Of a DNA stretch of 63,415 nt, positions 24,899 to 32,941 are shown piece by piece; the stretch's first letter is position 1, and every line of letters starts with the position of its first letter. The notes under the pieces are model-generated. The model was not told where the DNA came from, did no database searches, and saw only the letters and a list, made by a program, of their open reading frames with translations. Source of the DNA: a virus (Duplodnaviria > Caudoviricetes); the IMG/VR virus record IMGVR_UViG_3300025085_000016, positions 1-63,415 of that record; one strand, written 5' to 3'. Both the position numbers and the translations under genes were made by a program.

Positions 24899-26173
24899 AT
24901 GATGATGGACGCTAGAACAAAGTTTACCGTAGCTCTCAAGCAATCATGTGTTGATCTCCCACAGATCGCCACCATGCTGCTTCGGCTCTCGCCCAGAGAG
25001 AAAGAGGGTATCGGCACTGTCGGTGCTGACCAGAGACTACGCTTCTACTATGACCCAGAGGTCATGGATGCTATGTCTGTTGATGAGGTTTCATTTGAGC
25101 AGAAGATGGCTATTGCACATGGCTTTCTCAGTCACGGAAGCAGAGGATCTTTCTTGGGCGACGACCCCAGTTCTGTCGAAGCGTGGAAGAAATCTACACG
25201 GATCAGTGCTGTGGAGTTCCTCAAGACCTACGGACAAGAGGTTCCACCTCATGCCCCATGCTGTGACAACACCACAGACGTTGACGGAAACCCGTTGCCT
25301 CAAGGTCTTTGCTCTGAGGAATACTACGGGCTGCTGCTTGAAAGCGGACAAGAGCCACCGCCTCCACCAGATGGACCAGATGGACCAGAAGAACATAAGG
25401 GTCCAGTAAATGATACAGGGCGGGGCGGTGGTGGCGAAATCCAAGACGGAAAGGAACGTGATTGGCAAGATGAGTTCAGTGATGACGACATCAACTCTAG
25501 GCCAGACGGACCTACTGACGGTGAACTTGAGAAGCTCCGGTCTAAGCTGGGCGAGGGACTCAAGAGCATGGGTAGGTCTGGTTGTGGTGACTTCGCTATG
25601 GTTCAAGATTCACTAGAGAAACCCAAGATTCGACCAGAGCAGTTGCTTCGTATGGCAATCGCTAGGAACGTCACTAAGTTTCGCCGTGGAACCAGCCAGC
25701 CTACCTATCGTAGAGTCTCTCGCAGGCAGCAGATTGGCGACCCTTTCATCAAGCCTAGTCACGTTGACCCCACCCCTAAGGTCACAGTTGTCGTTGACAC
25801 TTCAGCAAGCATGACCAAGAGAGAACGGGAGCTTGGTCTTGGGATGGTTGATCTTGCCCTCAAGGGGATGAAGCTCGACGAGGTTCGTGTTGTTGGTGCT
25901 GACACTCAGATCTCATCAGATCAGTCCAGCATCAAGAACGCCAGTCAAGTCAAGCTGACTGGAGGTGGTGGCACTCGAATGGACGAGGTGGTCAACACTT
26001 TGCTTTCAGAGCCAGCCAGCAAGCTTCCTGATCTTCTGATTCTTGTTACTGACGGTGGAACTGAGTGGCCTGATAAGAACAGGGTTCCTGTTATCAGTTG
26101 TGTAACCCAGCCAGAAGAAGTTCGTTTATGGCAAACTCCACCTGACTGGATGCCTTTGGTTTACGTTGGGTAG
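24899..26173 (+). CDS. DUF2201-type metallopeptidase-like + VWA domain protein
   Basis: MIDAS VDTSASM, GGGGT, LVTDG; PTYRRVSRR linker; adjacent to a MoxR ATPase. Confidence 0.85.
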   Translation: MMMDARTKFTVALKQSCVDLPQIATMLLRLSPREKEGIGTVGADQRLRFYYDPEVMDAMSVDEVSFEQKMAIAHGFLSHGSRGSFLGDDPSSVEAWKKSTRISAVEFLKTYGQEVPPHAPCCDNTTDVDGNPLPQGLCSEEYYGLLLESGQEPPPPPDGPDGPEEHKGPVNDTGRGGGGEIQDGKERDWQDEFSDDDINSRPDGPTDGELEKLRSKLGEGLKSMGRSGCGDFAMVQDSLEKPKIRPEQLLRMAIARNVTKFRRGTSQPTYRRVSRRQQIGDPFIKPSHVDPTPKVTVVVDTSASMTKRERELGLGMVDLALKGMKLDEVRVVGADTQISSDQSSIKNASQVKLTGGGGTRMDEVVNTLLSEPASKLPDLLILVTDGGTEWPDKNRVPVISCVTQPEEVRLWQTPPDWMPLVYVG

Positions 26174-26182
26174 TTACCCTCG

Positions 26183-26219
26183 GAGCCGAGTGCCACCACC
26201 GTTCGCTACACCATTGCCG
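26183..26219 (+). promoter_or_regulatory. Early conserved motif copy 5 (core at 26203)
   Basis: GAGCCGAGTGCCACCACCGTTCGCTACACCATTGCCG. Confidence 0.75.
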
Positions 26220-26267
26220 ACAAACGGCAACCAGCAATTTGTTTCTCTTACTAATGGAATACTTACC

Positions 26268-27155
26268 ATGAATGTTATTGATAAAGCAGGATACGAATTA
26301 TGGTTCTCTTGCAGCAGAGCTACTGACCCAGACCGACTGCTCAATGGACTGTCTCAACTGTCGTCTCAGCCACCATATGTACCAGAGCAACGCAGCAGTC
26401 TGGAGTGTTTGCAACTTGCTCTGACTGATGTTTGTCAGTACCTGACCAAGCCTCCCATTCACTACTTAGTTCGACCACTTGCTGGCAGGTCTGGTCGTCA
26501 TGTCTTTCGTGAAGTTCGTGGTGCTGACCAGAACTCTCATGACTCTATGTTTACCATTCGAGTTCCTGAGGATGGTGACGATCTGGTTGCTGAGGGGCCG
26601 CACTGTCCCGGCGATGGGGCAATGAATAAGATTCAGTCTACCTATCACAGCTATCAAAAAAGCATCGGCGCAAGAGCCGTGAAAACTATCATGGTCAAAG
26701 AAGTTCTTCGACTTGGTGGGATCAAGATTGACGGGAAGGATGCTTACTTCATCCCCCCCGATGTTAAAGACGATTGGGAGAAGATTGTTCAGGTTGCACT
26801 GAACGCCGCTGAGTTCAATGACTCCAAGTTCTACGACTCCAAGTATGAACTCAATGGGACAGCACTCGATGCTGTTCAACTGTCTGTTGAGGAGGAGATC
26901 GTTGCCGGAGTGGACAACATCCTCAGCGAACTTAGCCAAGGCCAGTTCACTGACAGAGTTCAAGCCAACAGGCTCAAGACTCTCAAGAAGATGACTGCAA
27001 AGATGCAGCGTTACGAGTCACTGTTTGGTGCTGGTCTACAGACCTGTCAGTATAAGCTCAAGGAAGTTCTCAATGCGATGAATCTTTCTCAGGCTGTTGA
27101 AACATCAAGTGCGTTTGATGATGTCCTTGATGATGTCCTTGATGTCGCTGTGTAG
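26268..27155 (+). CDS. Hypothetical protein (GG...AYFIP motif plus C-terminal coiled coil; DUF3150-like)
   Basis: ATG 26268; family hint tentative. Confidence 0.65.
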   Translation: MNVIDKAGYELWFSCSRATDPDRLLNGLSQLSSQPPYVPEQRSSLECLQLALTDVCQYLTKPPIHYLVRPLAGRSGRHVFREVRGADQNSHDSMFTIRVPEDGDDLVAEGPHCPGDGAMNKIQSTYHSYQKSIGARAVKTIMVKEVLRLGGIKIDGKDAYFIPPDVKDDWEKIVQVALNAAEFNDSKFYDSKYELNGTALDAVQLSVEEEIVAGVDNILSELSQGQFTDRVQANRLKTLKKMTAKMQRYESLFGAGLQTCQYKLKEVLNAMNLSQAVETSSAFDDVLDDVLDVAV

Positions 27156-27181
27156 CATTGGACGCAGCAACATTGAGCTGA

Positions 27182-27273
27182 GAGAGCGAGCAAGCAAAGA
27201 GATATTACAGACAGGATTGACATACTCCTGTTCTTTGTGGTGCAGATCGTCGTTCAATCCGATGACGCTCTCC
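27182..27273 (+). ncRNA. tRNA-like structured RNA element
   Basis: GAGAGCG/CGCTCTC closing stem, TCGTCG-TTCAATC-CGATGA T-like arm, long internal hairpin (GCAAAGA/TCTTTGT, ACAGGA/TCCTGT). Confidence 0.45.
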
Positions 27274-27321
27274 TTGTGTCGAGGTGGGAATGTCGGGTAG
27301 CTCCCGGATAGCCGCCGACCA

Positions 27322-27369
27322 GCGAGTGAACTGGTGTTCTACGTTCAGGTTCGATTCCTGACTCTCGCC
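27322..27369 (+). ncRNA. Minimal tRNA-like element (acceptor stem + T-arm, no anticodon arm)
   Basis: GCGAGTG/CTCTCGC (one mismatch), TCAGG-TTCGATT-CCTGA, 16-nt linker containing CTGGTG. Confidence 0.6.
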
Positions 27370-27413
27370 TGACCTTTCTTGTCAAACCTTTTAATAACAT
27401 ACGGAGTAAAGAA

Positions 27414-27899
27414 ATGAGCGAAGAAATTGATTACGACCTACTTGTAGATTCCATTGACATGGACCAGTTAGCTGCATTGATTGCAGGCGAAATCAGCGAA
27501 GAGTCTATTGCTGAACACATTGATGCTGAACAGATTGCTGAACACATTGGTGTTGATGACGTTGCTAGTCACTTAGATACACAAGACGTTGCTAGTGAGA
27601 TAGCACTTGAAGATCTTGCCAACGAGTTTGATACATATGACTTGTCATATGAGATCTTCTCAAATCACATCGACATGGACGGCATCTACGACCATTGCTC
27701 TGAAGCGATAGACATGGACTGGCTTGCTGAAAGAGTAGACTACGGAAGTCTCTCAGAAACACTCGATCTTGACGGAATCGCTGAGTGCCTTTCGGACGAT
27801 CAGCTCACAAAGTTGGCAGACAGCGTCGATGCCAAGTCGGTAGCGAAGCATGTCACCGACCCTTGGTCAATGATGGTAACACCGTTCGCAAACAACTAA
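27414..27899 (+). CDS. Highly acidic 9-residue-repeat protein
   Basis: About 42 D/E vs 4 K/R in 161 aa; ID.E.IAEH-like period. Confidence 0.75.
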   Translation: MSEEIDYDLLVDSIDMDQLAALIAGEISEESIAEHIDAEQIAEHIGVDDVASHLDTQDVASEIALEDLANEFDTYDLSYEIFSNHIDMDGIYDHCSEAIDMDWLAERVDYGSLSETLDLDGIAECLSDDQLTKLADSVDAKSVAKHVTDPWSMMVTPFANN

Positions 27900-27929
27900 C
27901 AAACACTCAAGAGATAAAGGAATACAAAG

Positions 27930-28379
27930 ATGGACGAAGAAGATTTTGATGGCGAAACCCATCCGCTGCCTGACGACTTGAAGTTCAAGGACTTAGTAAA
28001 CATGAGCCTAGAGCTTTCGGAAAAAATGGGAGAACACCTTGACGGGCAAGAGCAGACACTTGCTGTCTGCTCACTAATACTTCTGCTAAAGAAGGGGATG
28101 AAGATGGTGCAGCTTCAATGCTCTGAAATCATCACCGACCACCCGTCTGCCCTTCAGGTCTTAACACAGTGCTGTGTTGCTGAAGAAGCGATCACAAAGT
28201 TTCTTGCCCTGTACCCTTCTCTGAGAATAGGTGACAGTTACGAGCAGCAGGTCGAAGAATACTTTGCTGAAGAAGAACGCAAAGAGAAGCAAGAGAAAAG
28301 CGTTGTCGAAGTTCCAACAGAAGAAGAGCTTTCTTCTCTTTGCGACAGCTTGTTTAGAACCAAAGAGCCAGAGGAATAG
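27930..28379 (+). CDS. Acidic hypothetical protein
   Basis: 149 aa with AAGGA SD. Confidence 0.7.
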   Translation: MDEEDFDGETHPLPDDLKFKDLVNMSLELSEKMGEHLDGQEQTLAVCSLILLLKKGMKMVQLQCSEIITDHPSALQVLTQCCVAEEAITKFLALYPSLRIGDSYEQQVEEYFAEEERKEKQEKSVVEVPTEEELSSLCDSLFRTKEPEE

Positions 28380-28383
28380 AACA

Positions 28384-28872
28384 GTGAAAGTAACCGGAGT
28401 GTATAGAGATGACGGAGGCAAGGACTACCTCATAAGTCACAACGGGAAACAGCATAAGGCTACCAAAATCGGTAGCCTTTTTTCTTGCAACGGGGTCACT
28501 GACACGCTTAGGAATATCAAGAAGATGATTCAAGAAGGTGAGTTGGTTACAAGTCAGCCACCAATTAACGCTATCGGCGGAGTCATCCAAATACACGACG
28601 AAACAAAGGAGATAAGAGAAAAGTTTTCAGACATCAAGAAACGCATACAGGAAGACAAGCCGAGCATCGACGTTGGCTTATGGGACTGCGTTCATCCCTG
28701 TGCATTGATTGTAAAGATCATGGTGGAGTGTCACACCGAGTTCATGCCTCAAGGACTAGAGGCTGAAATAGACAGAACCCTTGATGCTCATGGCTACCTG
28801 CTTCCTTACGGCAGCTACGACACTGAGCAAGCTAACCACGAATATCAAACAAACATGGAGATATTAAAATGA
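28384..28872 (+). CDS. Hypothetical protein
   Basis: GTG 28384 after GAGG; coupled to the next gene. Confidence 0.65.
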   Translation: MKVTGVYRDDGGKDYLISHNGKQHKATKIGSLFSCNGVTDTLRNIKKMIQEGELVTSQPPINAIGGVIQIHDETKEIREKFSDIKKRIQEDKPSIDVGLWDCVHPCALIVKIMVECHTEFMPQGLEAEIDRTLDAHGYLLPYGSYDTEQANHEYQTNMEILK

Positions 28873-29075
28873 AATGTTGTATCTGCAAGAAAGAGATTGA
28901 AAAGAAGTACACACCTGATGGTGAAATGTACTGGGATCAGGGACATAATCCTTACCCAGTAACTGACGCACTTGAATCTCGGTGCTGCGATTCTTGCAAC
29001 CAGTCGGTGGTTGTGCCTCTTAGATTCTCCCTTCTTACGAACAAGGATGTTCACGATGTCAAGGCAAACGATTAA
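28869..29075 (+). CDS. Small Cys-rich phage protein
   Basis: CCIC...GHNPYP...RCCDSCN...V.P.R. Confidence 0.7.
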   Translation: MKCCICKKEIEKKYTPDGEMYWDQGHNPYPVTDALESRCCDSCNQSVVVPLRFSLLTNKDVHDVKAND

Positions 29076-29328
29076 AAGAATCCATGTCAATCAGCATGTG
29101 GTAAAGAGCAACTCAAAGAACGATGAGCGTAAGCCCATCTTCACTGTGAAGTGCAGCAACCGAAACCACTACGGACACACTGTAAGAATCCAAGGTCCGT
29201 CAGAGGTGGTGTACCCCGGCAAGACTCTCTCTTGCGGGGCTAAGGCTTGGATCGAAACGACAGCACCAGTGGAGGTCTGGGTTACATCTGGTCCAGACAG
29301 TGAGTACATGACAGCGAGGGAACCATGA
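29056..29328 (+). CDS. Conserved small phage protein
   Basis: IHVNQH...TVK...V.I.GPSEVVY...LSCGA..WIET pattern. Confidence 0.7.
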   Translation: MSRQTIKRIHVNQHVVKSNSKNDERKPIFTVKCSNRNHYGHTVRIQGPSEVVYPGKTLSCGAKAWIETTAPVEVWVTSGPDSEYMTAREP

Positions 29329-29738
29329 CGCTCATCTACAACGGATTGTTTTTTGTTTACGGATTCCTTGCGGGGTTCTGGACCCTGCTCATTCTCACAA
29401 GGAGAGATCAACGAATGGCAAGCGAACAAGAGATTGATGGCAACGAAGTGGTTGTCGTTACTGGCACTGCCTTTGACTTGGGTACTGTTGTTGCTACCAG
29501 CAACCTACAGCAACGCCTTGGCGACAAGGCTCATCGGTTATTGCCGAAGATAATTGCTCGTCACTCTGCTGGTGACTGGGGCGATGTCTGTGATGAAGAA
29601 GCAAAGATTAACGATGAGGCACTTACCACTGACTGTCGGGTCATGTCTGTCTACAAGGTTAAAGACGACCTTGAAATCTGGGCGATCACCGAAGCGGATC
29701 GTTCGTCTACCACCCTACTTTTACCGGAAGATTACTAA
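29325..29738 (+). CDS. Conserved mobile-element protein (H..GDWG...ITEADRS.TT.LLPEDY family)
   Basis: Characteristic motifs; alternative start ATG 29415 with its own AAGGAG SD, preceded by a hydrophobic N-terminal extension. Confidence 0.75.
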   Translation: MTLIYNGLFFVYGFLAGFWTLLILTRRDQRMASEQEIDGNEVVVVTGTAFDLGTVVATSNLQQRLGDKAHRLLPKIIARHSAGDWGDVCDEEAKINDEALTTDCRVMSVYKVKDDLEIWAITEADRSSTTLLLPEDY

Positions 29739-30061
29739 TGTTAATGAAACTATCTAACATCGCCAAGAAGCACAACGTAACTAGGCAATCAGTCCAGCGG
29801 TGGGTTGATGTCGGTCGTGGCAGTGGCGATAGTCACCAGAAACTGAACACCACTGTCATTGATGGTGTTCACTTTGCTGAGAGCCAAGAGGTTGAGGAGT
29901 TCATCCAAAAGACTGGGTCAGGGTCTAAGAACCCACGCATTGCTGCATCGGGACAGATGCTTGAGACTCTTGAGTTGGTGCATCGGCAAGGCAGTCTGCC
30001 TCCGATGGTTCGGAAGCAAGTCCTTGACGTAATAGCACTGGCAAAGGGAGAAGCTAGGTGA
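29738..30061 (+). CDS. HTH protein, DUF1580/MerR-like N-terminus
   Basis: LSNIAKKHNVTRQSVQRWV..G...KLNTTVIDG.......VEEFI. Confidence 0.55.
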   Translation: MLMKLSNIAKKHNVTRQSVQRWVDVGRGSGDSHQKLNTTVIDGVHFAESQEVEEFIQKTGSGSKNPRIAASGQMLETLELVHRQGSLPPMVRKQVLDVIALAKGEAR

Positions 30062-30306
30062 AACCATTTGACAGAGACTACGGCTACGGTGATTCACCTG
30101 AGCCAACTGGACCGCCAGAGATTAAGTCTGGCCCACTCGATGAGTCTTGTCCCAACTGTGAGGGCAAGACTCTTTTTATGCTCGAAGTAACCGTGCCAAA
30201 CAATCCAATGATGGCTGGGATGCTTGGCAGTAAAGAAGGTGTTGGGGTTTACATGGGCTGTGCAGCCTGCCCCTACGCTTCACCCATGATGACGAGGGCT
30301 AAGTGA
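30058..30306 (+). CDS. Small zinc-ribbon protein
   Basis: CPNC...CAAC. Confidence 0.6.
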   Translation: MKPFDRDYGYGDSPEPTGPPEIKSGPLDESCPNCEGKTLFMLEVTVPNNPMMAGMLGSKEGVGVYMGCAACPYASPMMTRAK

Positions 30307-30896
30307 TGAGCATGACAGAAGAAATGATCGAGTCATTGATTGATGCTTGCATCGACGTTGGATTCTTTGATGCACAAAAAGAGGTGCTTCAAGCTAGTGG
30401 CAACGGGTGCTGCGTCAATGCAACCTACATTGGCCTTGAGGTTCTTCGCAAGCTTGGGGTCGATGCTTCGCCATCGGCTTGGGACGCGATGGTCATGAAC
30501 GAAGAAGCTCGCTTGCTAATGATGGAGCAAACTCCTGTCGATGAATGGCCCGATACTGCATGGTCAGTGGGAGTCAACGCGAAAACAAGAGACGCTAATG
30601 GAGTTGGGTTTCATGCTGTCGTTCAGATCAGAGAAGGAATCCTTGACCTCTCGTCAATTCAGTTTGACCGGCCAAGCAAAAACATCAATGTTCCGATGGC
30701 AATGTTTGTCTCAACCAAAGACTTTAGTGGAGGTGAGATTCATGTGGAGCAACACAGCACTCACTACGTTCTCTACAACAAAAGAAGCAGGACATCAGCC
30801 GCACTGCGAACTGCAAAGGGATTCTCTTCTGATGGGATGCTCGGTCGCATAACTAATTCAGACTGGATCAACATGATACTAGGAGAGATGGAATGA
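30303..30896 (+). CDS. Hypothetical protein with Cys-His-Asp (transglutaminase-like) pattern
   Basis: GCCV...FHAVV....ILDLS..QF; catalytic-triad reading is inference. Confidence 0.5.
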   Translation: MMSMTEEMIESLIDACIDVGFFDAQKEVLQASGNGCCVNATYIGLEVLRKLGVDASPSAWDAMVMNEEARLLMMEQTPVDEWPDTAWSVGVNAKTRDANGVGFHAVVQIREGILDLSSIQFDRPSKNINVPMAMFVSTKDFSGGEIHVEQHSTHYVLYNKRSRTSAALRTAKGFSSDGMLGRITNSDWINMILGEME

Positions 30897-31738
30897 TAAA
30901 AGTTGCAGGCTATGGTCGCATGTCCACCGACAAGCAGCAGATGTCGCCTAAAGTACAGACAGACAAGATTGAGCAGTGGGTAAAGCAACAGCAGTCTGTA
31001 GGCAAATGGAAAGACGGAGCAAAGTTCATTGGCATGTTCATCGACGAAGCTGTGTCCAGTAGAGTTGACATGCTGAAACGCCCCTTTGGTCAGCATGTGG
31101 TTACAGTCCTCGACCCCGGTGACATGGTTGTAGTCGCCTCTCTTTCTCGCGCCTTTCGCAGCGTCAACGACACTTGGAATACCATGCGTGTGCTAGACGA
31201 GGCTGGCATAAGCATTGCATTTCTTGACTCTCCTATGGATACATCCACTCCAGTAGGAAAGCTGATGCTTACTATGGTTGCTGGATTTGCTGAGTTTGAA
31301 AGGGACTTAATTTCAACCAGAACAAAGGACACCGCAGCAGTAAAGAGAAAGCTCGGTGAACCAATAGGACCGGCCCCAGTAGGATGGAGAAACATGAAAG
31401 ACAAGCGAGGCTGCTACATGACTCCAGACAAGACGATCAGAACAGTAGCCTCTGCTGCCGCCAATCTCTTTCAGCAAGGTAACTCAAGGGAGTCAGTCTT
31501 TCTGAAGATGAGGGCAGCAATGTGCAAGCGAAACCTTCAGCCAAAGTCACACCAGTGGTATGTCACTGCTGCCGCTGCATCCTGCCTAGACTTCCCCAAG
31601 CAAAGCATAAGATTCGTAAGCAGCGTACTTGGGTTCGATGTTGATAGAATGTCTTTCGTAACTCATGGAAATCACGGAGACGCAAGGCGTCAGCTATCGG
31701 AATGGTTGAAGCAAGAAGGGTTCAAGGATGCACCGTAA
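30893..31738 (+). CDS. Serine recombinase (resolvase/invertase family with C-terminal extension)
   Basis: YGRMSTDKQ (catalytic Ser), DEAVSS, RP, GD.VVV.SLSRAFRS, FAEFERDLISTRT. Confidence 0.92.
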   Translation: MIKVAGYGRMSTDKQQMSPKVQTDKIEQWVKQQQSVGKWKDGAKFIGMFIDEAVSSRVDMLKRPFGQHVVTVLDPGDMVVVASLSRAFRSVNDTWNTMRVLDEAGISIAFLDSPMDTSTPVGKLMLTMVAGFAEFERDLISTRTKDTAAVKRKLGEPIGPAPVGWRNMKDKRGCYMTPDKTIRTVASAAANLFQQGNSRESVFLKMRAAMCKRNLQPKSHQWYVTAAAASCLDFPKQSIRFVSSVLGFDVDRMSFVTHGNHGDARRQLSEWLKQEGFKDAP

Positions 31739-32318
31739 AAAACTACAGAACATGCACGTTAAAGACCTCTATGACCAGATCATTTCAGGTGACAGGGAAG
31801 CACTAGACGAACTCATTGAAAGGCAGCAGTCTGGCAAGTCTCTAAGGTTTTATCCAGACGGAAGAACCGGACCACAAGATGAAGGCATGATACCTATTGT
31901 TATTGATGTTCTTGACAACTCTGTCTGCATAAGATCTGGCAGGCCATCGAAGCCTGTAATCATAGACAAGCATGTCGCATTCAAGTGGATAACAGGAATA
32001 CCTGAGTGCTTGGCAAGCGTTGTTTCAAACCACAAGATGGACGGACTTTCTGAGCATTACATCGACGAGAAAATCACAGATGAATCTACCCAAGAGTTTG
32101 ACCATGAGGTGCGGTACGAACTCTTAGACGACCGCGAGGAAGTTTCAATAAAGTTCTTCCCTGAAGGAGAAAGGCACTGGAAGATGGACACTCAAGATTG
32201 CTGCAATGTCATCAAAAGCCTGTGCGATGTCTGCATTGATTTGGGCTGGCAATACGCAGATGCGGTGTCAGACAAGCAAGCTAAAGTGGTAGCCGCTATG
32301 TACTTAAAAGGAGAGTGA
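31728..32318 (+). CDS. Hypothetical protein
   Basis: 196 aa, last gene of the + strand block. Confidence 0.7.
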   Translation: MHRKKLQNMHVKDLYDQIISGDREALDELIERQQSGKSLRFYPDGRTGPQDEGMIPIVIDVLDNSVCIRSGRPSKPVIIDKHVAFKWITGIPECLASVVSNHKMDGLSEHYIDEKITDESTQEFDHEVRYELLDDREEVSIKFFPEGERHWKMDTQDCCNVIKSLCDVCIDLGWQYADAVSDKQAKVVAAMYLKGE

Positions 32319-32564
32319 TTACCAAGCCTTGCATGACCAGTAGCCAGCAGACAGCTTTGATTTCTTTTCTCCGCACTTATGCCTAGCCCTAAAGCTCTTT
32401 CTTCTGGCTGGCTTATGCTTCTTGATTGTCATGTTGGGGTCGCCAAACCTCACAAGCCTGATCTTGCTTCCCTCTTTGGCAAGCACTGCTGACTTCTTTG
32501 GACCACCCGGTGTTTTCTTTGGCTTGTTATAGCCGGAAAACTTCTCGCCTCTGTACTCAATCAT
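32319..32564 (-). CDS. Small basic conserved phage protein
   Basis: VRFGDPNM...RRKSFRARHKC...AGYWSCKAW. Confidence 0.75.
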   Translation of the reverse strand: MIEYRGEKFSGYNKPKKTPGGPKKSAVLAKEGSKIRLVRFGDPNMTIKKHKPARRKSFRARHKCGEKKSKLSAGYWSCKAW

Positions 32565-32572
32565 AGCTAGTC

Positions 32573-32941
32573 CTAGCTCTCAAGGGCGTTGATAACAACA
32601 CGACAGGCTGCTGTGTCTGCTTTCAGATACAACGTGGTCGATGCGCTGTTGATCCTAAATGGACCAGCAGTTTCGCCAGCCATCAGCTTGCCACCGTAAA
32701 CACCAGTGCTGAACCCCCACTCAACAAAGTTAGTTGAGTCAAGGTTCTGAATGGTACACCAACCCGGTGTTGTCAGCTCACTGAAAGCCTCCGTCTCTTC
32801 GGAGGTTCCGATCTCTTTCATACCCGGCGATGGTCCACCCACCGCTGCTTGGTCGTAGCTCTTTGTGCCATAGTTCTGTGAGAACGAAAGGTTCCCATTG
32901 TCTACAGACATGCTTGCTGCTATTCGGATCTCGTCAGCCAT
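32573..32941 (-). CDS. Putative small virion protein
   Basis: 122 aa beta-rich (IQNLDSTNFVE..LMAGE..LYLKADTAAC), coupled to the giant gene. Confidence 0.65.
   Translation of the reverse strand: MADEIRIAASMSVDNGNLSFSQNYGTKSYDQAAVGGPSPGMKEIGTSEETEAFSELTTPGWCTIQNLDSTNFVEWGFSTGVYGGKLMAGETAGPFRINSASTTLYLKADTAACRVVINALES

Noticed and set aside
20167-26219. Repeated motif as a CRISPR array or attC-type cassette array
   Set aside because: Spacing is irregular (0.3-2.7 kb), copies are degenerate and non-palindromic, and no cas or integron-integrase features are seen
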